From Longimicrobiales bacterium (GTDB lineage Bacteria; Gemmatimonadota; Gemmatimonadetes; Longimicrobiales; Gaopeijiaceae): a DNA stretch of 64,000 bases. A program made the position numbers and the translations under genes. Within the stretch, counting starts at the first letter, position 1. Each line of letters opens with the position of its first letter. Below are positions 1 through 12,000 of the stretch, piece by piece. A model generated the notes under the pieces. That model did no database searches. It saw nothing but the letters and a program-made list of their open reading frames with translations, and was not told the DNA's origin. Where the stretch lies: positions 2,272,001 to 2,336,000 of the forward strand of contig OZ242008.1 of assembly GCA_965204735.1 (NCBI GenBank). The letters are read 5' to 3'.

Positions 1-3000
1 CTCGCCGCGCTCGAAGGTGTCGCCCACCGTCGGCGCACTGATCGACAGCCCCGTCACCCCCGGCGGCCCGCGGCTGCCGTCCACCTTGTGCGCAGCAGCG
101 TTCGCAATCGCGTTGCTCCCCAGTCCCAGGCTCGCCGCCGTCGCGCCGTCGCGTGCGTCGGCGATCGCACCGCTGTTCAGCGTCAGCGCGCTCGCGCCGA
201 TGCCGATGCCCGTCGAGTCTGCGTCCGCCGCTGCCACCGTGTAGCGGAACGCCAGCGTCGCCGTGCCCGTGCCGCGCGCGTACTCCGCCTGCCGCGTCTG
301 CGCCCCAATCGTCAACGCCAGATGCGGCGTACCCGTCACCGCCACCCTGCGGTTGAACGTCACCTCCACCTCGATCCGCTCCGTGCGACCGTACGTGCTG
401 TCGCTCGCCGGAGCGCTCGTGATCGCCACCCCGCTCACCGACGCCGCCGTGAACGTGCCGCCCGCGACTTTGTGGCCCGTGTTGTTCGACACCGCGCTCG
501 CGCCCAGCCCCAGCAGCGCGTCCGTCGTACCGCCCGCCACGTCGATCGTCCCGCCGTTCAGCGCCAGCGCGCTCGCGCCGATGCTCAACCCGTCCGCGTC
601 CGCATCGCCACTCGCCACCACGTAGCGGAAGACCAGTGACGCCGTGCCCGTGCCCGCAGCGTAACTCGCCTGCCGCGTCGCAGCGCCGATCGTCAGCGCC
701 AGCTGCGGCGTCCCCGTCACGTCCACCGCCTTGTTGAACGTCACCGTCACCGCAACCGTGTCGCCCCGCTCGAAGGTGTCGCCCACCACCGGCGAAGCGA
801 TCGACAGCGCGGTCACCCCCGGCGGCCCCTGCGCGCCGTCCACCTTGTGCGACGCCGCGTTGGCGATCGCGCTGGACCCCAGGCCCAGGCTCGCCGCCGT
901 CGAGCCGTCGCGCGCGTCGACGATCGTCCCGCCGTTGAGCGCCAGCGCGCTCGCGCCGATGCTCAACCCGTCGCTGTCGGCGTCGGACGCCGCCACCGTG
1001 TAGCTGAACGCCAGCGTCTTCGTGCCGGTGCCGGAGCCGTAGTCCGCCTGCACCGTGTCGGTCCCGACGCCCAGCGCCAGCTGCGGCGTGCCCGTCACGC
1101 TCACCGGCCGCACGAACGTCACCTCGACCTCGATCTCCTCGCCCAGACCGTAGGTGTCCCCGCTCGACGGAGCGCTCGATATCGTCACGCCGCTCACCGA
1201 CGCCGCCGTGAACGTCCCGCCCGCAACCTTGTGCCCCGTGCTGTTCGATATCGCGTGCGTGCCCAGCCCCAGGGTCGCGTCCAGCGTGCCGCCCGACAGA
1301 CGGATCGTCCCGCTGTTCAACGCCAGCGCGCTCGTCCCGATGCTCAGCCCGTCCGCGTCCGCGTCCGCCTGCACCACCGTGTACTGGAATACCAGCGACG
1401 TCGTGCCGCTCCCGCTCGCGTAGCTCGCCTGACGGGTCTGCGTACCGATCCCCAGCGCCAGCTGCGGCGTACCCGTCACGTCCACCGCACGGTTGAACGT
1501 CACTGTCGCCGCAATCACGTCGCCACGCTCGAACGTGTCGCCCGTCGGAGGCGACGCGACGACCAAGCCGCTCACGCCCGGCGGTCCCTGGTTGCCGTCC
1601 ACCTTGTGCGCCGCGGCGTTTGCGATCGCGTTCGACCCCAGGCCCAGCCCCGCCGCCTCGCTCGCGTCACGAGCGTCCGCAATCGTCCCGCCGTTCAGCC
1701 CCAACGCGCTCGCGCCGATGCTGATCCCGTTCGCATCCGCGTCCGCAGCCGCCACCGTGTAGCCGAACGTCAGCGTCGTCGTGCCCGTCCCGCTCGCGTA
1801 GTCCGCCTGCCGCGTCTGCGAACCAATCGTCAGCGCGACCTGCGGCGTGCCCGTCACCGCCACGCGCCGGTCGAACGTCACCTCGACCTCGATCCGCTCC
1901 GTCCGACCGTACGTGCTGTCGCTCGCCGGAGCGCTCGTGATCGCCACGCCGCTCGCCGACGCCGCCGTCAACGTCCCGCCCGCCACGCGGCGCGTGCCGT
2001 CGTTGCTGATCGCGTGATGCGCCAAGCTCAGCAAGGCGTCCGTCGTCCCGCCCGCCACGTCGATCGTCCCGCTGTTCAGCGCCAGCGCGCTCGCGCCGAT
2101 GCTCAACCCGTCGGCGTCCGCGTCCGCCTGCACCACCACGTACCGGAACACCAGCGCCGTCGTCCCCGTCCCCGACGCGTAGCTGGCTTGCCGCGTCTGC
2201 GAACCGATCGACAACGCCAGCTGCGGCGTGCCCGTCACGTCCACCGCCTTGTTGAACGTCACCGTCGCCGCCACCGTGTCGCCCCGCTCGAACGTGGCGC
2301 CCACCAGAGGCGCAGCCACCGACAGCCCCACGACGCCCGGCGGCCCCAAGCTGCCGTTCACCTTGTGCGCCGCCGCGTTCGTCACCGCGCTCGCGCCCAG
2401 ACCCAGCGCAGCTGCCGCAGCGCCCGGACGCACGTCCGCAATCGTCCCGCCGTTCAGCGCCAACGCGCTCGCGCCGATGCTGATCCCGTCCGCGTCCGCG
2501 TCCACCGGACGGACCGCGTAGGCGAACACCAGCGTGTCCGCCTTGCTGGAAGCGGCCATGTAGCTGGCCTGCCGGGTCTGCGTCCCGATCGTCAGCGCCA
2601 GCTGCGGCGAGCCCGTCACTGCCACCGGTCGGCCGAACGCCACCTTCACCTCGATCGACTCGCCCAGCTGGTACGTGCTCGCGCTCGCCGGCGTGCTCGA
2701 CACCGTCACCGCGCTCACTGCCGGCGTCGTGAACGTCCCGCCCGCAACCTTGTGGCCCGTGCTGTTCACCACCGCGCTCGCGCCCATGCCCAAGGTCGCG
2801 TCCAGCGTCCCGCCCGCAACCCGGATCGTGCCGCCGTTCAGCGCCAAAGCGCTCGCGCCGATGCTGATCCCGTCCGCGTCCGCGTCGCCGCTCGCCACCA
2901 CGTACCGGAACACAAGCGTGTCCGTCCCCGTCCCGATCGCGTAACTCGCCTGCCTAGTCGCGCTCCCGATTCCCAGAGCCAGCCGCGGCGTGCCCGTCAC

Positions 3001-6000
3001 GTCCACCGCGCGGTTGAACAGCAGCGACACCTCGATCGTCTCGCCCCGCTCGAAGGTGTCGCCCACCGTTGGCGCACTGATCGACAGCGCCGTCACGCCC
3101 GGCGGACCGCGGCTGCCGTCCACCTTGTGCGCAGCAGCGTTCGCGATCGCGTTCGTCCCCAGTCCCAGGCTCGCAGCCGTCGCGCCGTCGCGCGCGTCGG
3201 CGATCGCACCGCCGTTCAGCGTCAGCGCGCTCGCGCCGATGCCGATCCCCGTCGAGTCTGCGTCCGCCGCTGCCACCGTGTAGCGGAACGCCAGCGTCGT
3301 CGTGCCGCTCCCGCTCGCGTACGCCGCCTGCCGTGTTTGGCTCCCGATCGTCAGCGCCACCTGCGGCGTACCCGTCACCGCCACCCTACGGTTGAACGCC
3401 ACCTCCACCTCGATCCGCTCCGTGCGACCGTACGTGCTGTCGCTCGCCGGAGCGCTCGTGATCGCGACCCCGCTCACCGACGCCGCCGTGAAGGTGCCGC
3501 CCGCAACCTTGTGGCCCGTGCTGTTCGCCACCGCGCTCGCGCCCAGCCCCAGCAGCGCGTCCGTCGTCCCGCCCGCCACGTCGATCGTCCCGCCGTTCAG
3601 CGACAGCGCGCCCGCGCCGATGCTCAACCCGTCGGCGTCCGCGTCGCCGCTCGCCACCACGTAGCGGAAGACCAGCGACGCCGTCCCCGTGCCGCCCGCG
3701 TACGACGCCTGCCGCGTCGCAGAGCCGATCGTCAGCGCCAGCTGCGGCGTGCCCGTCACGTCCACCGCCTTGTTGAACGTGACCGTCGCCGCAACCGTGT
3801 CGCCCCGCTCGAAGGTGTCGCCCACCACGGGCGACGCGACCGACAGCGCGGTCACCCCCGGCGGCCCCTGCGCGCCGTCCACCTTGTGCGACGCCGCGTT
3901 CGCGATCGCGCTCGACCCCAGGCCCAGGCTCGCCGCCGTCGAGCCGTCGCGCGCATCCACGATCGTCCCGCCGTTCAGCGCCAAAGCGCTCGCGCCGATG
4001 CTGATCCCGTCGCTGTCGGCGTCGGACGCCGCGACCGTGTAGCTGAACGTCAGCGTCTTCGTGCCCGTGCCGGAGGCGTAGTCCGCCTGCACCGTGTCGG
4101 TCCCGACATCCAGCGCCAGCTGCGGCGTGCCCGTCACGCTCACCGGCCGCACGAACGACGCCTCGACCTCGATCTGCTCGCCCAGGCCGTAGGTGTCGCC
4201 GCTCGCCGGGCTGCTCGATATCGTCACGCCGCTCACCGACGACGCCGTGAACGTCCCGCCCGCAACCTTGTGGCCCGTGCTGTTGCTCACCGCGTGGCTG
4301 CCCAGCCCCAGCACCGCGTCCGTCGTCCCGCCCGCCACGTCGATCGTCCCGCCGTTCAGCGCCAACGCGCTCGCGCCGATGCTCAACCCGTCCGCGTCCG
4401 CGTCCGCCTGCACCACCACGTACTGGAACACCAGCGCCGCCGTCCCCGTGCCGCCCGCGTACGACGCCTGCCGCGTCTGCGTCCCGATCGTCAGCGCCAG
4501 CTGCGGCGTCCCCGTCACGTCCACCGCCTTGTTGAACGTCACCGTCGCCGCAACCGTGTCGCCACGCTCGAACGTGTCGCCGGTCGGCGGCGACGCAATC
4601 GACGCTCCGCTCACCCCCGGCGGCCCCCGACTGCCGTCCACGGCATGGCCCGCGGCGTCGACGATCGCGTTTCCGCCCAGCCCCAGGTTCGCCGCCGTCG
4701 ATCCGTCGCGGGGGTCCACGATCGTCCCGCCGTTCAGCGCCAGCGCGCTTGCCCCGACGCTGATCCCGTTCGCGTCCGCGTCGCCCGCCGCCACCACGTA
4801 GCGGAACTCCAGCTCGCGGCTGCCCGACGCCGCCGAGTCGTACGCCGCCTGCCGCGTCTGGCTCCCGATCGTCAGCGCCAGCTGCGGCGCGCCCGTCGCC
4901 GTCACGTTGCGGTTGAACGTCACCGTCACATCGATCTGCTCGCCCAGCTCGTACGTGCTCCCGTCCGACGGAGTGCTCGTGATCCCCGCCCAGCTCACCG
5001 CCGGCGCCGTGAACGTGCCGCCCGCCACGCGGAAGCCTGCGGCGTTGCTGATCGCGAGGCGCTCCAGGCTCAGCAGCGCGTCGGCCGTGCCGCCCGCCAC
5101 GTCGATCGTCCCGCCGTTGAGCGTCAGCGCGTTCGCGCCGATGCTGATCCCGTCGGCGTCCGCGTCCGACTGCACCACCACGTAGCGGAACTCCAGCTCC
5201 GTCGCGCCCGTCCCGCTCGCGTACGACGCCTGCCGCGTCGCGCTCCCGATCCCCAGCGCCAGCTGCGGCGTACCCGTCACGTCCACCGCCTTGTTGAACC
5301 GCACGCTTGCGATGATCGTGTCGCCCCGCTCGAAGGTCTGCGCCGACAGCGGCGCCGTGACCGCCAAGTGCGTCACCCCCGGCGGCCCCAGGCTGCCGTC
5401 CACCTTGTGCGCCGCCGCGTTGACGATCGCGTTCGACCCCAGGCCGAGGCTCGCCGCCGTCGCCCCCGCCCGCACATCGTTGATCGTCCCGCCGTTCAGC
5501 GCCAGCGCGCTCGACCCGATGCTGATCCCCGTCGTGTCCGCGTCCGCTGGACGGACCGCATACCCGAACACCAGCGTGTCCGCCTTGCTCGTCGCCGACT
5601 CCCAGCTCGCCTGCCGCGTCTGGCTCCCGATCGTCAGCGCCAGCTGCGGCGCGCCCGTCACCGTCACCGGGCGGCCGAACGCCACCTTCACCTCGATCCG
5701 CTCGCCCAGATGGTACGTGCTGTCGGCCGCCGGTGCGCTCGAGATCGTCACCGCGCTCACCGCCGGCGTCGTGAACGTCCCGCCCGCAACCTTGTGGCCC
5801 CCGCTGTTCGCGATCGCGTACGCGCCCAAGTCCAGCACCGCGTCCAACGCCTCGCCCGACGCCCTGATCGTCCCGCCGTTCAGCGTCAGCGCGCTCGCCG
5901 CGATGCTGATCCCGTCCGCGTCCGAGTCGCCGATCGCCACCACGTAGCGGAACACCAGCGTGTCCGTCCCCGTGCCGCTCGCGTACTCCGCCTGCCGCGT

Positions 6001-9000
6001 CGCTGCGCCGATCGCCAGCGCCAGCTGCGGCGCGCCCGTCACGTCGACCGCTCGGTGGAACACCAGCTCGACCTCGATCGTCTCGCCCCGCTCGAAGGTG
6101 TCGCCCACCGCAGGCGCCCCAATCGCCAAGCCCCTCGCCTCCGGCGCCCCCGTGGTGCGCGTCGGCGGTGGCGGCAGGCTGCCGTCCACCTTGTGCGCCG
6201 CGGCGTCCGACACGGCGTTCGACCCCAAGCCCAGGCTCGCCGCCGTCGTGCCGTCGCGAGCGTCCGCGATCGTCCCGCCGTTCAACCCCAGTGCGCTCGC
6301 GCCGATGCTGAGCCCCGTCGAGTCCGCGTCCGCCGCCACCACCTGGTACGCGAACGTCAGCGTCGCCGTGCCCGTGCCGTCGACGTACTCCGCCTGCCGC
6401 GTCAGCGTGTCGATCGCCAGCGCCAGCTGCGGCGTGCCCGTCACCGTCACACGGCGGTTGAACGAGACCTCGACCGCGATCTCCTCCGTCTCCGCATACG
6501 TGCTGTCGCTCGCCGGCGTGCTCGCAATCGTCACACCGCTCACCGACGCCGCCGTGAACGTCCCGCCCGCCACCTTGTGGCCCGTGCTGTTGCTCACCGC
6601 GTGACTGCCCAGCCCCAGCAAAGCGTCCGTCGTCCCGCCCGCCACGTCGATCATCCCGCCGTTCAGCGCCAAAGCGCTCGCGCCGATGCTCAACCCGTCC
6701 GCGTCCGCGTCGCCACTCGCCACCACGTACCGGAACACCAGCGACGCCGTGCCCGTCCCCGAAGCGTAGCTCGCCTGCTGCGTCGCCGAACCAATCCCCA
6801 GCGCCAGCCGCGGCGTGCCCGTCACGTCCACCGAGTCGGTGAACGTCACCGTCACCGCTATCGTGTCGCCGCGCTCGAACGTGTCGCCCACCACCGGCGA
6901 GGCAATCGACAACCCGCTCACGCCCGGCGGTCCCCGGGCCCCGTCCACCTTGTGCGCCGCCGCGTTTGCGATCGCATGGCTCCCCAACCCCAGCCCCGCC
7001 GCCGTCGCCCCGTCGCGTGCGTCGACGATCGTCCCGCCGTTCAGCCCGAGCGCGCTCGCGCCGATGCTGATCCCGTCCGAATCAGAGTCCGCAGCCTGCA
7101 CCGCGTAACGGAACGTCAGCGTCTTCGTCCCGCTCCCGCTCGCGTACGCCGCCTGCCGCGTCTGCGAACCGATCCCCAGCGCCACCTGCGGCGTCCCCGT
7201 CACCGTCACCGGCCGCGCGAACGACACCTCCACCTCGATCCGCTCCGTGCGGACGTACGTGCTGTCGCTCCCAGGCACGCTCGCAATCGACACGCCGCTG
7301 ACCGCCGCCGCCGTGAACGTCCCGCCCGCTACCTTGTGGCCCGCGCTGTTCGTCACCGCGTGCGCGCCCAGGTCCAGAACCGCGTCCGTCGTCGTGCCCG
7401 TCCGCCGGATCGTCCCGCCGTTCAGCGCCAAAGCGCTCGCCCCGACGCTCAACCCGTCCGCGTCCGCGTCCGCCGCCACCACCACGTACCGGAACACCAG
7501 CGACGCCGTGCCCGTCCCCGACGCGTAGCCCGCCTGCCGCGTCGCCGATCCAATCCCCAACGCCAGCTGCGGCGTGCCCGTCACCGCCACCGCCGCGTTG
7601 AACTCCACCGTCGCAACTATCGTGTCGCCGCGCTCGAACACGTCGCCCACCACCGGCGCGCCGATCGTCAACGCGCTTACGCTCGGCGCGCCCACGCCGC
7701 CGTTCACCTTGTGCGCCGCGTCGTTGCTGAACACGCTCGCCGACGTGCCCAGCCCCGCAGCCGACCCGCCGGCCCGCGCGTCGTTGATCGTCCCGCCGTT
7801 CAGCGTCAGCGCGCTCGCGCTCAAGCTGATCCCGTCCGCGTCCACGTCCGCAGCCGCCACCGCGTAGCGGAACCGCAACCGCTTCGTGCCGCTCCCGCTC
7901 GCGTACGACGCCTGCCGCGTCGCGCTCCCGATCCCCAGCGCCAGCTGCGGCGTGCCCGTCACCACCACTGCCCGCTGGAACAACACATCCAACTCGATCC
8001 GCTCGCCCAGCTTGTACGTGCTGTCGCTCGCCGGCACGCTCCGAACAACAACGTCTTCCACCGCCAGACCCGTGAACAGCGAGCCGTTCACCTGGTGACT
8101 CGAACTGTTCGTAATCGCGTGCGAACCCAGCCCCAGAACGGCGTCCATTGTCGTGCCCGCCGCCCGGATCGTACCGCCGTTCAGCGTCAAAGCGCTCGCC
8201 CCGATGCTGATCCCGTCGATGTCCCGGTCCGACTGCACCACTACGTACCGGAACACCAGCGTGTTCGTGCCCGTGCCCGACGCATACGCCGCCTGCCGCG
8301 TCTGCGAACCGATCCCCAGCGCCAGCCGCGGCGTGCCCGTCACGTCCACCGTCCTGCTGAACGACACACGGACATCGATCGCGTCGCCCCGCTCGTACTC
8401 CGCGTTGTACGGATCGTCGGCGAACGACACGCCGATCACCCCCGGCGTGCCCAGGCTCCCGTCCACCTTGTGCGCCGCCGCGTTGGACACCGCGTGAGCG
8501 CCCAGCCCCAGCGTCGCCGCCGTCGTGCCGTCGCGCGCGTCCGCGATCGTACCGCCGTTCAGCGCCAAAGCGCTCGCGCCGACGCTGAGCCCAGTCGAGT
8601 CGCGGTCCGTCCCCTGCACCGTGTACCGGAACGCCAACGTCGCCGTGCCCGTGCCGCTCGCGTACGACGCCTGCCGCGTCTGCGTCCCGATCGTCAGCGC
8701 CAGCTGCGGCGTGCCCGTCACCACCACCGGCCGCACGAACGTCACCTCCACTTCGATCCGCTCCGTCCGACCGTACGTGCTGTCGCTCGACGGCGTGCTC
8801 GCGATCGCCACCCCGCTCGGCGCCGGCCCCGTCAACGTCCCGCCCGCCACCTTGTGGCCCGTGCTGTTGCTCACCGCGTGACTGCCCAAGCCCAGCAAAG
8901 CGTCCGTCGTCTCGCCCGCCACGTCGATCGTCCCGCCGTTCAGCGACAGCGCGCTCGCGCCGATGCTGAGCCCGTCGGCGTCCGCGTCCGCCTGCACCAC

Positions 9001-12000
9001 CACGTACCGGAACACCAGCGACGCCGTGCCCGTGCCCGAAGCGTACGCCGCCTGCCGCGTGACCGCGCCGATCGTCAGCGCCAGCTGCGGCGCGCCCGTC
9101 ACGTCCACCGCCTTGTTGAACGTCACCGTCACGGCAATCGTGTCGGCGCGCTCGAAGGTGTCGCCCACCACCGGGTCGCCGATCGACACGCCTGTCACGC
9201 CCGCCGCGCCCTGGGCGCCGTCCACCTTGTGGGCAGCGGCGGCCGTGACGGCGTTCGCGCCCAGGCCCAGGCCGGCCGCCGTGCTCCCGTCGCGCGCGTC
9301 GGCGATCGCACCGCCGTTCAGCGTCAACGCGCTCGCGCCGATCCCGATCCCGTCGGAGTCCGCGTCCGCCACCGCCACGGCGTAGCGGAACGTCAAAACG
9401 GTCGTGCCCGTGCCCGACGCATACTCCGCCTGCCGCGTCTGCGCCCCGATCGTCAGCGCCAGCTGCGGCGTCCCCGTCACGCTCACGCGACGGCTGAACG
9501 TCGCTTGCACCTCGATCTGCTCGCCTAGACCGTACGTGCTGTCGGCGGCCGGGCTGCTGGTGATCGACATCCCGCTGACCGCCGCCGCCGTGAACGTCCC
9601 GCCCGCCACCTTGTGGCCCGAGCTGTTCGACAGCGTATGGGCGCCCAGGCTCAGGCTCGCGTTCGTGGTGTCGCCCGCCGCGTCGATCGTGCCACCGGCC
9701 AGGTGCAAAGCGCTCGCCGCGACGCTGAGCCCGTCGGCGTCCGCGTCGCCCGCCGCCACCACGTAGCGGAAGCGCAACGCCGTCGTGCCCGTGCCCGAGG
9801 CGTAGGACGCGGTGGGGGTCTGCGTTCCGATCGTCAGGAAGAGCCGCGGCGTTCCCGTCACGTCCACCGCCTTGTTGAACGTGACCGTCACCCAAATGGT
9901 GTCGCCCCGCTCGAAGGTGTCGCCCACCACCGGCGACGCAACGGCCACGCCGGCCACGCCCGGCGGACCCCTGGCGCTGTCCACCTTGTGAGCCGCCGCG
10001 GCGGCGATCGCGTTCGTGCCCAAGCCCAGGCCCGCCGCCGTGCTCCCGTCCCGGGCGTCGGCGATCGCACCCCCGTTCAGCGCCAGCGCGCTCGCGCCGA
10101 TCCCGATCCCGTCGGAGTCCGAGTCCGCCGTCCCCACCGCGTAGCGGAACGTCAGCGTCGTCGTGCCCGTGCCGGAGGCGTAGGCCGCCTGCCGGGTCTG
10201 CGCGCCGATCGTCAGCGCCAGCTGCGGCGTCCCCGTCACGCTCACGCGGCGGTTGAACGCCACCTGCACCTCGATCTGCTCGCCAAAGCCGTAGGTGCTG
10301 TCGCTGGACGGGCTGCTCGTGATCGACACGCCGCTGACCGACGCCGCCGTGAACGTCCCGCCCGCCACCTTGTGCCCCGAGCTGTTCGACACCGCTCGGC
10401 TGCCCAAACCCAGAAGCGCATCCGTCGTCTCGCCCGCCACGTCGATCGTCCCGCCGTTCAGCGCCAAAGCGCCCGCCCCGATGCTGAGCCCGTCGGCGTC
10501 CGCGTCCGCCTGCACCACCACGTAGCGGAAGACCAGCGCCGCCGTGCCCGTGCCAGAAGCGTAGGACGCCTGGCGCGTCGCCGCGCCGATCCCCAGCGCC
10601 AGCTGCGGCGTCCCCGTCACGTCCACCGCCTTGTTGAACGTCACCGTCACGACGATCGTGTCGCCCCGCTCGAAGGCGTCGCCCACCGGCGGCGAGCCGA
10701 TCGCCAGCGCCGTCACGCCCGCCGTGCCCTGGCTGCCGTCCACCTTGTGGGCCGCGGCGGCCGTGATCACGTGCGTGCCCAAGCCGTTGCTCGTCGCCGT
10801 CGTTCCGTCCCGCGCGTCGGAGATCGTCGCGCCCGACAGCGTGAGCGCGCGGGCAGGCAGGCCGATCCCGTCGGAATCCGAGTCCGATGCCTGCACCGTG
10901 TAGCGGAACGTGAGCGTCTTCGTGCCCGTGCCCGAGGCGTAGGACGCGTAGGGGGTCTGCGTCCCGATGTTCACCGCAAGCTTGAGGAGGTGCGTGCCCT
11001 GCACCACCACCGGGCGCGTGTACGTCACCTGCACCTCAATCACGTCGCCCAGCCCGTAGGTGCTGTCGGTGCCCGGAGGAGTGCTCGAGATCGTCACGCC
11101 GCTCACCGACGCCGCCGTGAAGGTGTTGCCCGCCACCTTGTGGCCCGAGCTGTTCGACACCGCGTGGGCGCCCAGGCCCAGCACCGCGTCCGTCGTCCCG
11201 CCCGCCTCGTCGATCGTCCCGCCGTTCAGCGCCAAAGCGCCCGCCCCGATGCTGAGCCCGTCCGCGTCCACGTCGCCACTCGCCACCACGTAGCGGAAGA
11301 CCAGCGCCGTCGTCCCGGTCCCGCCGGCGTAAGAGGCCTGCTTCGTCGCCGTCCCGATCGTCAGCGCCAGCTGCGGCGTCCCCGTCACGTCCACCGCCTG
11401 GTCGAACGTCACCGTCACGGCAATCGTGTCGTGCCGCTCGAAGGCGTCGCCCACCACCGGCGACCCGACCGTCACGCCCGTCACCCCCGGCGGACCCTGG
11501 GAGCCGTCCACCTTGTGGGCCGCCGCCGCGGCGATCGCGTTCGCGCCCAGGCCCAGCGTCGCGTCGGCACCCACGCTGCTCCGAATCGTGCCGCCGTTCA
11601 GCGCCAGCGCGCTCGCGCCGACGGCGATCCCGTCCGAGTCCGAGTCCGCCGCCGTCACCACGTAGCGGAACGTCAGCGCCGTCGTGCCGCTCCCGCTCGC
11701 ATACGACGCCTGCCGCGTCTGGGCGCCGATCGTCAGCACCAGCTGCGGCGCGCCCGTCACCGTCACGGGAACGCTGAACCCGACCTCCACCACGATCGCG
11801 TCGTGGGCGAAGTACGTGCTGTCGGCCCCGGCGTCGCTGCCGATCGTCGCGGCGCGCACCGTCGGCGTCGTTGCCGAGGAGCCGTCCACCTTGTGGTCCG
11901 GGGAGTTCGAGAACGCGTTCACGAAGAGGCTGAGGTTCGCGTTCGTCCCGGCGGCGCTGCGGACCGTGCCGCCGTTGAGCGTCAGGGCCGTGGGGCCGAC

